Source: a virus
IMG/VR virus record: IMGVR_UViG_3300045988_101805
Span: 1 to 35,912 of that record
DNA length: 35,912 nt
Reading direction: 5' to 3' (one strand)
Positions 24,432 to 31,991 of this stretch are shown here, one piece after another. Made by a program: the position numbers and the translations under genes. How positions within the stretch are numbered: the stretch's first letter is position 1; every line of letters begins with the position of its first letter. A model generated the notes under the pieces. That model saw only the letters and a program-made list of their open reading frames with translations. It did no database searches and was not told the DNA's origin.

Positions 24432-24939
24432 TCAGTCCCTCACCGCCCAACTGTCTGAACACATCGGATAGCTTTTCGGACTGCTCAACCTTTGCGTCAA
24501 CATTAAGTTTATCCTTGAAAAGGCTATATACTTTACCTAACAACTCGGCCGCTTTGTTTGCGTCGGATATTCTTGTTGGTATCGTTACTATCTCCGGCAC
24601 TTCGCTTTTAATTGTATGTTTTCGTATTGTACCATTTTCATCAGGTTTGTATGTTGACTCTTCCTGACTGACTGTTACAACAACGCTTTCTTTCTTTTCA
24701 CGTCTCATAACTGCAGTAAGGTATTTCAGAACCTCATCTTGCTGAGCAATTAGTTTTGATTCTTTTTCAGATAATCTTTTGTCTATATACTCCCTTATGT
24801 TGGGTTTTGCCAAGTTTTCACTTGCTATATTATTTGCGTTCTTTTTTGAATATCCTGCCCTTATTGCGGCTTGTGTTGCATTAAGGTCAACTAAATATTC
24901 ATCGCAAAATCTTTGTTGCTTAGCTGTTAGCATAGCCAT
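24424..24939 (-). CDS. terS: Terminase small subunit (Terminase_2-like)
   Basis: LTAKQQRFCDEYLVDLNATQAAIRAGYS signature. ATG 24939 preceded by GAAAGGCGGTG. Confidence 0.88.
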   Translation of the reverse strand: MAMLTAKQQRFCDEYLVDLNATQAAIRAGYSKKNANNIASENLAKPNIREYIDKRLSEKESKLIAQQDEVLKYLTAVMRREKKESVVVTVSQEESTYKPDENGTIRKHTIKSEVPEIVTIPTRISDANKAAELLGKVYSLFKDKLNVDAKVEQSEKLSDVFRQLGGEGLSE

Positions 24940-24969
24940 AATACAACACCGCCTTTCGCTTAAACAGTG

Positions 24970-24994
24970 CAAAACCGCCCTCAAACGAGAGCGG
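24970..24994 (-). terminator. Intrinsic terminator in the leader of the late operon, 30 nt before terS
   Basis: The minus strand reads CCGCTCTC gttt GAGGGCGG + TTTTG. Confidence 0.6.
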
Positions 24995-25058
24995 TCTGTG
25001 CGATTTATTTTAGGAGGACATAAATGCCTATGTCGTTTTGTTGCTTTCTTCAGTTTAC

Positions 25059-25090
25059 ATTATATCACCCTGATTCGGGACATCGGGACA
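25059..25090 (-). promoter_or_regulatory. Candidate late promoter: extended -10 without a -35, plus tandem TGTCCCGA repeats
   Basis: The minus strand reads TGTCCCGA TGTCCCGA (25090-25075), then 7 nt, then TGATATAAT (25067-25059). No TTGACA-like hexamer at the -35 position. Confidence 0.45.
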
Positions 25091-25092
25091 AA

Positions 25093-25458
25093 TTACCAGC
25101 GGTGACGATAACACATTTTCTTTATACTGTCGATTGTATTATTACCGCCTACCTTTGTTAAAATCTTCGCCCAGCTGTATTTTAAGCCGAGGTGCATAAA
25201 CAGGCAGTTTTCCACAAAATCATCCCGTGAGAGGCTGTTCAGAGCCGAGTTTCTGCGGATTTCAAGGTTCTGAATATCCCTTTGAATATCTGCAATCTGC
25301 ACCACCGCATTGCCCACCCTGTCGGATGTCTGACCTGACGGAACAATTCGTTCGCCCAGCGTCACCGCCGTGTTGTCCGCCTCAGCCTGAATCCGTGCCA
25401 TTTTCGCTCTGAGCCGTGAAATCTCTCGGTTAATGTCCTTAATCTCTCTCGCTGTCAA
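25093..25458 (-). CDS. Putative late-gene regulator (sigma region-4-like HTH at C-terminus)
   Basis: Last early gene before terS. The C-terminus LKYSWAKILTKVGGNNTIDSIKKMCYRHR looks like a sigma r4/LuxR-type HTH. The N-terminus is coiled-coil. Confidence 0.5.
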   Translation of the reverse strand: MTAREIKDINREISRLRAKMARIQAEADNTAVTLGERIVPSGQTSDRVGNAVVQIADIQRDIQNLEIRRNSALNSLSRDDFVENCLFMHLGLKYSWAKILTKVGGNNTIDSIKKMCYRHRW

Positions 25459-25862
25459 TCCATATCTACCTCACTTTCAAGCCAATGCTTTGTGCAGTCA
25501 ATACAGCTGTTATTGAATCGCTCTTCCATAGCGCAACCGACATACGGAGTGCCATACGGGCAGTCGAAAAAACTCATACAACTCCGAGCCATTTCGTCAA
25601 TTGACATCTGTTTGATTTTTTCAAAGTTAGTCATTTTTGCTAAAGCAAATGTTTTTATGTGAGATACTTTAAAAAGACATCTACTACTTATAAAACCATT
25701 TTTATCAGTACAAAAATATCTCTGTTTTGGTATTGACAAATCAGGGTCATTTTCAAAGGCTTTTTCGCCTGTCTTATGTAAAGTGCCTTTAATTGCCGTC
25801 CCGTCAAAAAGGATAATTTTAACATACTTTCCCAAATAGCTTTCAAGTTTATCTCTTTTCAT
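25455..25862 (-). CDS. Hypothetical protein with C-terminal Cys-rich domain
   Basis: ATG 25862 after GAGGAAGGTGA. The C-terminus MTNFEKIKQMSIDEMA...CPYGTPYVGC...CIDCTKHWLESE carries the cysteines. Confidence 0.65.
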   Translation of the reverse strand: MKRDKLESYLGKYVKIILFDGTAIKGTLHKTGEKAFENDPDLSIPKQRYFCTDKNGFISSRCLFKVSHIKTFALAKMTNFEKIKQMSIDEMARSCMSFFDCPYGTPYVGCAMEERFNNSCIDCTKHWLESEVDMD

Positions 25863-26232
25863 TTTCTTCACCTTCCTCAATCTCCAAATTCAGATAACTT
25901 CCGCTGTCAATTTCATCTCTTAATTTCTGCCCGTAATCAATGCCGTTGTTTTTGAGTGCCATAATTTTATCAAATTCCTTGTGCATTTTGATAGAGGCAT
26001 ATTCAACATTGTTTTTGTATTCTTCGGTGAACTCTTTTGCACCGTCTTTGATACTTGCAATGTACCTTAAGGCTTCAAGATTTAACTTATAAAGCCTTTT
26101 TGCACCAAAACCGAAATGGTGACTCAATATTACGGAAGCAAGTTCCAACCCGTAACCGATACCGGTATCAAACATTTCACCACGAATACGATCTTCGTGC
26201 TGTTTACTTCTTAATTTCCAGTTGCTTTTCAT
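25849..26232 (-). CDS. Hypothetical protein (FGFG-motif family, paralogue of 26966..27142)
   Basis: RBS TAGGAGTTG. Contains ILSHHFGFGAKRL. Confidence 0.65.
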   Translation of the reverse strand: MKSNWKLRSKQHEDRIRGEMFDTGIGYGLELASVILSHHFGFGAKRLYKLNLEALRYIASIKDGAKEFTEEYKNNVEYASIKMHKEFDKIMALKNNGIDYGQKLRDEIDSGSYLNLEIEEGEENEKR

Positions 26233-26264
26233 TTATCACAACTCCTATTTAAATTTCTTTTTGT

Positions 26265-26549
26265 TTAGCTAATATTTGCAGTACACATAATATTAAGAGA
26301 TTTTTCAGGATTATCCCTATAAAATTTCTGAATCCAATATTTTTCCCGTTCCAGTATATTACAACCAAGAGGAACAATTTCAATGACCTCAAATTGATAA
26401 TCTGTGATATTCTCTATTGGGAATCTTTCGGTTTTGAGATGTTGCCCCCAGCGAAAAACAGGAGCATACATTGTTTGTCCTATGTAAAATTCACCAGTTG
26501 ATTTTTTGGATATTTTATATATGTATCCTGATACTTTCTCCGAAAACAT
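26265..26549 (-). CDS. Small GIY-YIG nuclease-domain protein
   Basis: GYIYKI...GEFYIGQT...R...H...E motif series. 94 aa. Weak RBS. Confidence 0.7.
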   Translation of the reverse strand: MFSEKVSGYIYKISKKSTGEFYIGQTMYAPVFRWGQHLKTERFPIENITDYQFEVIEIVPLGCNILEREKYWIQKFYRDNPEKSLNIMCTANIS

Positions 26550-26587
26550 ATCTTTGGTGATATAAAATTCTTCATCATTGTTAGGTC

Positions 26588-26695
26588 TTATCTTGTTACG
26601 TTCTCTGCTCTCATATACTTGCTTACACTTATGGGAACAAAAGCGTTTTTCACATCACCAAAAAAACGGCGTGTATCTTCAACATTATATATCAT
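26588..26695 (-). CDS. 35-aa micro-ORF
   Basis: Strong RBS AGAGGGGGTGA 4 nt before ATG 26695. Translates MIYNVEDTRRFFGDVKNAFVPISVSKYMRAENVTR. Confidence 0.35.
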   Translation of the reverse strand: MIYNVEDTRRFFGDVKNAFVPISVSKYMRAENVTR

Positions 26696-26709
26696 ACCGT
26701 CACCCCCTC

Positions 26710-26964
26710 TTATGCAATCGGTGTTGTTTCTAATGCACTTTTGAAATATTCAAGTGCTTCTATGAGTTTTGTAACCTTTTCTTCATCTACAACGACTTCA
26801 TACTTATCACGCAAGTCTAAAAGTGTGTTTGTGTGTTCTTCTATCTGCTTTCTGCAAACATCTAAATATGCAATTTTAACTTTCATCTTCAATACCTCTT
26901 TCTTCATACTGTTTTCATTTGCTTCTTTTCTTGTCAAGAATATCTTTTCGCCAATGTCGTTCAT
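26710..26964 (-). CDS. 84-aa hypothetical helical protein
   Basis: ATG 26964 lies 1 nt after the upstream stop (TGAtATG). The longer track ORF overlaps the upstream gene. Confidence 0.55.
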   Translation of the reverse strand: MNDIGEKIFLTRKEANENSMKKEVLKMKVKIAYLDVCRKQIEEHTNTLLDLRDKYEVVVDEEKVTKLIEALEYFKSALETTPIA

Positions 26965-26965
26965 A

Positions 26966-27142
26966 TCATATGTCACGACCAAAGCCGAAATCCTTATGCA
27001 AGGCAAATACAATCGTCTTAAAAATTCGCCTTGTGGCGTCCGCAATTTCTTTGTCCTTGACTTTCTGATATTCCCTGTCGGCAAGGCGGTTAATCTCCGC
27101 CATAGCCTCTTTTTTTAGCTTAACTGGTATTCTTGCTTTCAA
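26966..27142 (-). CDS. 58-aa FGFG-motif protein
   Basis: AAGGAGAG then 6 nt then TTG 27142. Ends FALHKDFGFGRDI. Confidence 0.5.
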   Translation of the reverse strand: MKARIPVKLKKEAMAEINRLADREYQKVKDKEIADATRRIFKTIVFALHKDFGFGRDI

Positions 27143-27347
27143 CGCTTTCTCTCCTTTTAAATTCACAGACAAAGCCTGTGCTTACGGGCTTGCAAAACTT
27201 GCAGTGCTTACAGCAGTAAACGCAGATGTACGCCCCGAATCGTTCGTTTACCGCTGCATATTTGCACCGCTGAATCTGCAAACCTCCGTACAAATTTCTG
27301 CATATTCCACATTGCTTTTTGTTTTTATAAAAATCAGTAATTTTCAT
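27120..27347 (-). CDS. Cys-rich 75-aa protein
   Basis: Nine Cys residues, including CGIC, CVYCC and CKFC. Confidence 0.6.
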   Translation of the reverse strand: MKITDFYKNKKQCGICRNLYGGLQIQRCKYAAVNERFGAYICVYCCKHCKFCKPVSTGFVCEFKRRESVESKNTS

Positions 27348-28548
27348 TTATTCCCGTGAACCTCTGATGATTTCCGTCAAATACAAAGCTGATTCTACCC
27401 GTCCAGCCGAACTTGTTTTTGTCAAGTAAAACCTCTGTTTGGGCAGGATCATTGTTTGCCTTATCAAGCACATACGGTCTGTGCAGAATAAAAATGTAGT
27501 CGCCGTCCTGTTCCAACGCTCCCGACTCTCTGAGATCGGACATAGTGGGGGCATTTTTACCCTCTCGTGTCATTTGCGATAGAGCGATAATTACGCAACC
27601 CGTCTTTTTGGCAACCCGTTTAAGCTCGGCGGAAATGTAGTTAATTTTCACTCGGTCATCTGCAAAACTTTTCACCGACTGCACAATTTGAATAAAATCG
27701 ATAACGACAACATCAGGCTTGACCTCGACAATTTTTGAGCAGATATTTTCGATGTTATAGACATCATCAAGCACAAAAACATAGTCACGCATTGCATTGA
27801 TTTGGTTCTCAATTTCAATAGCTCTGTTAGCAAGATTCCGTTGTTTGGCAAATTCCGAATAATCAATGTTGAGCATATCGGACATCATTCGTTCAAAGAC
27901 CATTTCAGCGGTCATTTCAAGGCTGAAAACCAGTGAGCGGATTTTTCGTCTGAACTGATTGCGGACAATATTCAGGGCAAATGAAGTCTTACCTGTTGAC
28001 GGTCTTGCACCCACAATTGCGAAAGTACCCCGTTCAAGTCCGTTTGCAACAACATCAATATCCGCAAATCCCGTTTTGATTAACTGCTTTTTTCTGAGTA
28101 GTGAATCGAGAAATTTATTGGCATTTTCCTTAGCCTGCTGTTCGGTAGTGCCGATTTGCATTCGGCTTTGTTCGTATTCAATTGCTTTCTGAACATTTCC
28201 AATTGTTACATCGTCCGAAAAAATCAGCCTGCCGAGGTTGTCTTTAAGCCGTTTTTTGCTCGCCCATTCTTTAAGGCAGTCTATGTAGTCGTTGATCATA
28301 GACGGAGCAATTGCCGATTCGCAACATTCAAGCAAGAGCCGCTTGCCGTTTTCATCAAGATTTGACAGCACCTTGATTTTGTCTATTTTGCCGTAGGATT
28401 TATAAACCTCGTTCATAACCTCAAAAATGTCTACAAAGACACTTTCAAAATCATCGGCAGAGAGCAACAGCATTTTATCACTCAGTTCCTCTTCATACTG
28501 AAAAATCAGACCAAGAACGGCTTTTTGATACTCAATCCCATTCGTCAT
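27334..28548 (-). CDS. dnaB: Replicative DNA helicase (DnaB-type)
   Basis: Walker A GARPSTGKTSFALN, Walker B VVVIDFIQ, and a DnaB-type N-terminal domain. Confidence 0.9.
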   Translation of the reverse strand: MTNGIEYQKAVLGLIFQYEEELSDKMLLLSADDFESVFVDIFEVMNEVYKSYGKIDKIKVLSNLDENGKRLLLECCESAIAPSMINDYIDCLKEWASKKRLKDNLGRLIFSDDVTIGNVQKAIEYEQSRMQIGTTEQQAKENANKFLDSLLRKKQLIKTGFADIDVVANGLERGTFAIVGARPSTGKTSFALNIVRNQFRRKIRSLVFSLEMTAEMVFERMMSDMLNIDYSEFAKQRNLANRAIEIENQINAMRDYVFVLDDVYNIENICSKIVEVKPDVVVIDFIQIVQSVKSFADDRVKINYISAELKRVAKKTGCVIIALSQMTREGKNAPTMSDLRESGALEQDGDYIFILHRPYVLDKANNDPAQTEVLLDKNKFGWTGRISFVFDGNHQRFTGINENY

Positions 28549-29212
28549 TTTCTTCGGCCTCCTTTTTTAAACGGAGAAATTCCTCACGACTTATTGTCGG
28601 CACTCCATCGTATGCTCCGGAGGCATATGTCTTATGTTCATTCTTTGACCAGGTTTTTAATAATGATTTCCAATCATCAATCGGCTTATCCGCTATCTGC
28701 CATTTTCGCTCTTCGTAATAATCAAAAAACTTCTTTGCATCAACATTCAAATTTTCAGTGCGAACAAACTGTTTGACCTCCGAAAAAGAGGGGATATCTC
28801 TTTTTTCCCTTCTTTTCCTTTCTTTCCCTTTCTTATATTGTTGTCGGTCGTTTGTCACCTGTTTGTCATCGGTTTGTCGATTGATTGTCGAACACTTTGT
28901 CACTTTCTGATACTGATTGTAATTTTTTACAGTAATAATCGAGTATTTCGGGGTTGTTTTGATTGCCACTTCGTTTGTCGATTTTAAGTGATTTAGTGCA
29001 GTTCGGATACTACGAGTTGAAATATTAAGTTGTTCAGATATTTTATTAACGCTTGTAACCCACTGCCCTCTTTTTACCGTAATGTTTTCAAAATCGTGAT
29101 CGTAAACATTTGCATTAAGGAGAATATGTACAAACACACGCATTGTGTTGGCGTCCTGATACCATCGCCACGATTGGATTTTACGGCTTAATTTGATAAA
29201 AGTGTTATCCAT
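28532..29212 (-). CDS. Replication initiator / replisome organiser (wHTH N-terminus)
   Basis: FIKLSRKIQSWRWYQD...RGQWVTSVNKISEQLNISTRSIRTALNHL is wHTH-like. A basic linker and a C-terminal domain follow. Directly upstream of the helicase gene. Confidence 0.8.
   Translation of the reverse strand: MDNTFIKLSRKIQSWRWYQDANTMRVFVHILLNANVYDHDFENITVKRGQWVTSVNKISEQLNISTRSIRTALNHLKSTNEVAIKTTPKYSIITVKNYNQYQKVTKCSTINRQTDDKQVTNDRQQYKKGKERKRREKRDIPSFSEVKQFVRTENLNVDAKKFFDYYEERKWQIADKPIDDWKSLLKTWSKNEHKTYASGAYDGVPTISREEFLRLKKEAEENDEWD
28841..28901. repeat. Six helically phased TTGTC iterons (candidate ori) inside the initiator gene
   Basis: TTGTC at 28841, 28852, 28863, 28874, 28885 and 28897 (spacing 11, 11, 11, 11, 12), next to a 34-nt polypyrimidine tract at 28801-28834. 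Confidence 0.65.
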
Positions 29213-29717
29213 TTTCCAATCGCTCCTTCATTTCTCTGTACAGAATTTCTCTGATGATTTTTCCGCTTGTTTCTTCCTTACAGAAGATGATCTGGCAATT
29301 GTATCTTGCAAGCCAAGCAAACATACTTGCGGTTAATGCCGATGAAGTCATTTTTGACCTATATTTGCCGTTAAAAGTGTTTTCCCAACTTGCGTTTTCA
29401 ATGAGCAGATAAACTTTCGCGCCTGCCGATTTTGCCCGTTCAAATTCCCTTGTGAAGCGTTTTCTACCCTTGCAATAACAGTTGCAGAGTTCATCAAGGT
29501 TCATCTTCCGTTCAATCGACACAGAGCTTGAAATGTCAAACTCCGTGCCGTTGTCGAGTGTTGTTTTCGCCGAATAGTCGCCAAAGTCAAGTTTTTGCCG
29601 GACGAACGAAAGTCCCGTCTGTCTTATTCTTCTGCGAAGCCTGTCAGTGTCCTGCTCTCGTGTGTCAACTATGAGCGTCAAGTTTTTTAACGCTCTGCTT
29701 ACTTCAAACGGATTCAT
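29205..29717 (-). CDS. ERCC4/Mus81-type nuclease (candidate junction resolvase)
   Basis: VDTRE, FGDY and IERKMNLDEL motifs. Confidence 0.8.
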   Translation of the reverse strand: MNPFEVSRALKNLTLIVDTREQDTDRLRRRIRQTGLSFVRQKLDFGDYSAKTTLDNGTEFDISSSVSIERKMNLDELCNCYCKGRKRFTREFERAKSAGAKVYLLIENASWENTFNGKYRSKMTSSALTASMFAWLARYNCQIIFCKEETSGKIIREILYREMKERLENG

Positions 29718-29720
29718 TTA

Positions 29721-30308
29721 TTAAATGAACGGCAAATCATCATCAATGGGCATATCGGCAAAGCCCTGATTTGTAGATTGAGCTGGCGCAGTCTGTCTGT
29801 TTTTGAGAGGCTTGTCCTTTGGTTCTGAATAATTCCCCTGCCTTGCGTCATCAGAAGCGATGAACATAAACGGCTGTGTTTTCCAGCCCGATTTGCCTGT
29901 TTCAGTGTTCTCCCACTCCTCATTGCGGACAAGCACACCGATTTCCTTGCCTTTAAGTTTGGTTTCGTCCCAATCCCAAGCGTAGCCGCTGTTACTATCT
30001 TCAACTGCATTTGTAAAGCTTTTGAACGATTTCTTCGTCCACTCGTCTTTTTCACTTCCGTCATCTTTCGGAACAAAAAGCCTTACAACACCGTGCCACT
30101 TCTTGTCCTCTCTGTCCTGACTGCGGTAGTCCTCAGCATAGTAGTTTGCATACTCGCCCTCGGCGATGTCAACGCTCACCCAAAGCATATTGCCAAAGCC
30201 GTATTTCTTTTCCTCTGCGCCCATAATTTTGGCTACATAACCGCCTACAGGAAGCTGTTCTCTCTGTGTTACTGCCTGCTGTTTATCCCAATTGTTAATT
30301 TTTTTCAT
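29721..30308 (-). CDS. DUF669-like ssDNA-binding protein with SSB-type acidic tip
   Basis: Ends in DDDLPFI (compare the SSB DDDIPF tip). Lies directly after a Sak4-like ATPase gene. Confidence 0.7.
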   Translation of the reverse strand: MKKINNWDKQQAVTQREQLPVGGYVAKIMGAEEKKYGFGNMLWVSVDIAEGEYANYYAEDYRSQDREDKKWHGVVRLFVPKDDGSEKDEWTKKSFKSFTNAVEDSNSGYAWDWDETKLKGKEIGVLVRNEEWENTETGKSGWKTQPFMFIASDDARQGNYSEPKDKPLKNRQTAPAQSTNQGFADMPIDDDLPFI

Positions 30309-30954
30309 CGTTAATTACCTCCATATTGTAGTAGTTTCTGATTTCTCTATCGACCTCTTTAAGGTCATTATCAATTTCATTTGTTGCGAACATTTCCATA
30401 GGCGACTTTGCTGATGTTTTGCCGTCCGACTGCGTGATGAACCTGTGGCTCTTGCCGTCAGTTGTGCAATAAAGAACTATCGAAAACAAGCCCTCAACGG
30501 TCAGCTGATTGTCGAGCATTTTGCCGATTGTTTTAGCCTTGATTTCACCCATATCGTTGCTTTCACAATGATGTAAAAAATAGACGATTTTATCGTCAGG
30601 AAGATTGTTCGATACAAATTCAATCAGCTTCTCAAAATTAAGGGCGATGTCGGTAAACTTACCGTAGCCGACATCTTTTGCCCTGTCAAAACTATCAAAT
30701 GCCATAAGATACTGGCTGTCGTCAATCACAATTGACTTTGCCGAACACCTCAGCAACATCTGCTGTGCAAGTGCGTATCGTGACACGCCCCTCTTGGTCG
30801 CCTCTCGGTTAAGATTGAACGGTTTTATGCTTGTGCGAAACGGCAACGGCTTATTCGCTACATTTATAACGCTGATTTCGTCAGCTTTGAAATTTCTCAG
30901 GCTTGCGGATTTTCCGCTTCCGCTTCTGCCGAGAACCATAACGGGTATTCCCAT
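30295..30954 (-). CDS. Sak4-like / AAA_24 RecA-fold ATPase
   Basis: P-loop GRSGSGKS and Walker B SIVIDD. 219 aa. Confidence 0.75.
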   Translation of the reverse strand: MGIPVMVLGRSGSGKSASLRNFKADEISVINVANKPLPFRTSIKPFNLNREATKRGVSRYALAQQMLLRCSAKSIVIDDSQYLMAFDSFDRAKDVGYGKFTDIALNFEKLIEFVSNNLPDDKIVYFLHHCESNDMGEIKAKTIGKMLDNQLTVEGLFSIVLYCTTDGKSHRFITQSDGKTSAKSPMEMFATNEIDNDLKEVDREIRNYYNMEVINDEKN

Positions 30955-30956
30955 AA

Positions 30957-31181
30957 TTATTTCCTTTCGCTAATTTGTATCGGACAGCCGTCAGGCAATC
31001 CGAGTATGTATGGATTGTAAATCATTCTGTTTGTTAACCTGCACCAGTAGCGGTTTAAATCGCTTTCTGAACGACAAAACGGACAGTAGTGACATTTTAC
31101 CCTGTCTTCGGGAAAATGGACTGTGAGCGAAATCTCGCCGTCCGTGAAGTATGAAACGCCATTTGGGAACTCCTGCGACAT
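30957..31181 (-). CDS. Cys-rich 74-aa protein
   Basis: ATG 31181 after AAGGGGG. Contains CHYCPFC...C...C. Confidence 0.55.
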   Translation of the reverse strand: MSQEFPNGVSYFTDGEISLTVHFPEDRVKCHYCPFCRSESDLNRYWCRLTNRMIYNPYILGLPDGCPIQISERK

Positions 31182-31366
31182 CACTTTCGCCCCCTTGTAT
31201 TCAGATCTATCTTGTGGCAAATATAGTCGTCAAAATCGTAATTCTTAGAGCGTTTGGCTCGGCGATTATCGCATTCGGATTTATATTCGAGGTATTTTTC
31301 GCAGCCGCTATGACAGCGTTCACTTCTCGTCTGACAGCCATAGCACGGAGCTTTTGTTCTTACCAT
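31181..31366 (-). CDS. Cys-rich 61-aa protein
   Basis: CYGC...CHSGC...C...C. RBS GGTGGTG. TGATG coupling to the next gene. Confidence 0.55.
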   Translation of the reverse strand: MVRTKAPCYGCQTRSERCHSGCEKYLEYKSECDNRRAKRSKNYDFDDYICHKIDLNTRGRK

Positions 31367-31871
31367 TTCTTAAGCACCACCAATCGTAGAAGAAATCAAT
31401 GCCGTCACAATCCAACGCCCATTCCCTGATTCTGCCACAAATCAGCTTTTCGGGCTGAGATTTTACGGGCTTTTTCATAATTTTAAGTGCTGTTTTGTAC
31501 AGCGTTTTGATTGCAATACCGTCCTTTAGCGATGACAGCTCCGCCTCAAAATCATAGGCACTGTTGACGATTTCACTCATCAGCTCAACCCTCGGGTTGT
31601 CATAATATCTGATAATGTATGGTTGCTTGTACTCATTGACATACCATTCAACGAATGACAAGACTTCGCCGTCCGAAACGCTCTTTACAAAGCAGTCATA
31701 ACACTTACCGTCGAATAATCTTCCAAAATCAAAGTCTTCAAGAACTTCTTTTCGCCCGCAGTCTTCACAAGTGTAAAGTTCTTCAAACTGCCAGTCGTGA
31801 CATCTCGGACACTCCTTAGGCTGTTCGTCATCAACCCATTCGTTGTTGCAGTTTCTGCACCAAAATTCCAT
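31320..31871 (-). CDS. Double zinc-ribbon protein (183 aa)
   Basis: ATG 31871 after AAGGAAGG. Contains CRNC..CPRC and CEDC..CYDC. Confidence 0.65.
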   Translation of the reverse strand: MEFWCRNCNNEWVDDEQPKECPRCHDWQFEELYTCEDCGRKEVLEDFDFGRLFDGKCYDCFVKSVSDGEVLSFVEWYVNEYKQPYIIRYYDNPRVELMSEIVNSAYDFEAELSSLKDGIAIKTLYKTALKIMKKPVKSQPEKLICGRIREWALDCDGIDFFYDWWCLRNGKNKSSVLWLSDEK

Positions 31872-31907
31872 TTTTTCAACCTTCCTTCTTGATTTTTTAA
31901 TCAATAA

Positions 31908-31945
31908 AGGATATAATCAAATCGGTGATATTTGTTATATCCTTG
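31908..31945. repeat. 10-bp perfect inverted repeat in the 87-bp intergenic gap
   Basis: AAGGATATAA (31908-31917) and TTATATCCTT (31936-31945), 18-nt spacer. Confidence 0.7.
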
Positions 31946-31991
31946 CTATCCGTTGAGGCTTTGCAGAGCTTCAGCGGATTTTTCTTTGCAA

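Noticed and set aside
25024-25164. + strand small ORF (MPMSFCCFLQF...) with a strong AGGAGGA RBS
   Set aside because: It is antisense to the 3' end of 25093..25458 and lies in the late leader. The peptide is of low plausibility. The AGGAGG is more likely part of the leader RNA structure on the other strand.
26710-27172. Frameshifted pseudogene joining 26966..27172 and 26710..27084
   Set aside because: The two frames abut as TGA-t-ATG, which is normal translational coupling. Credible starts exist for both (TTG 27142, ATG 26964), so two intact small genes is the simpler reading.
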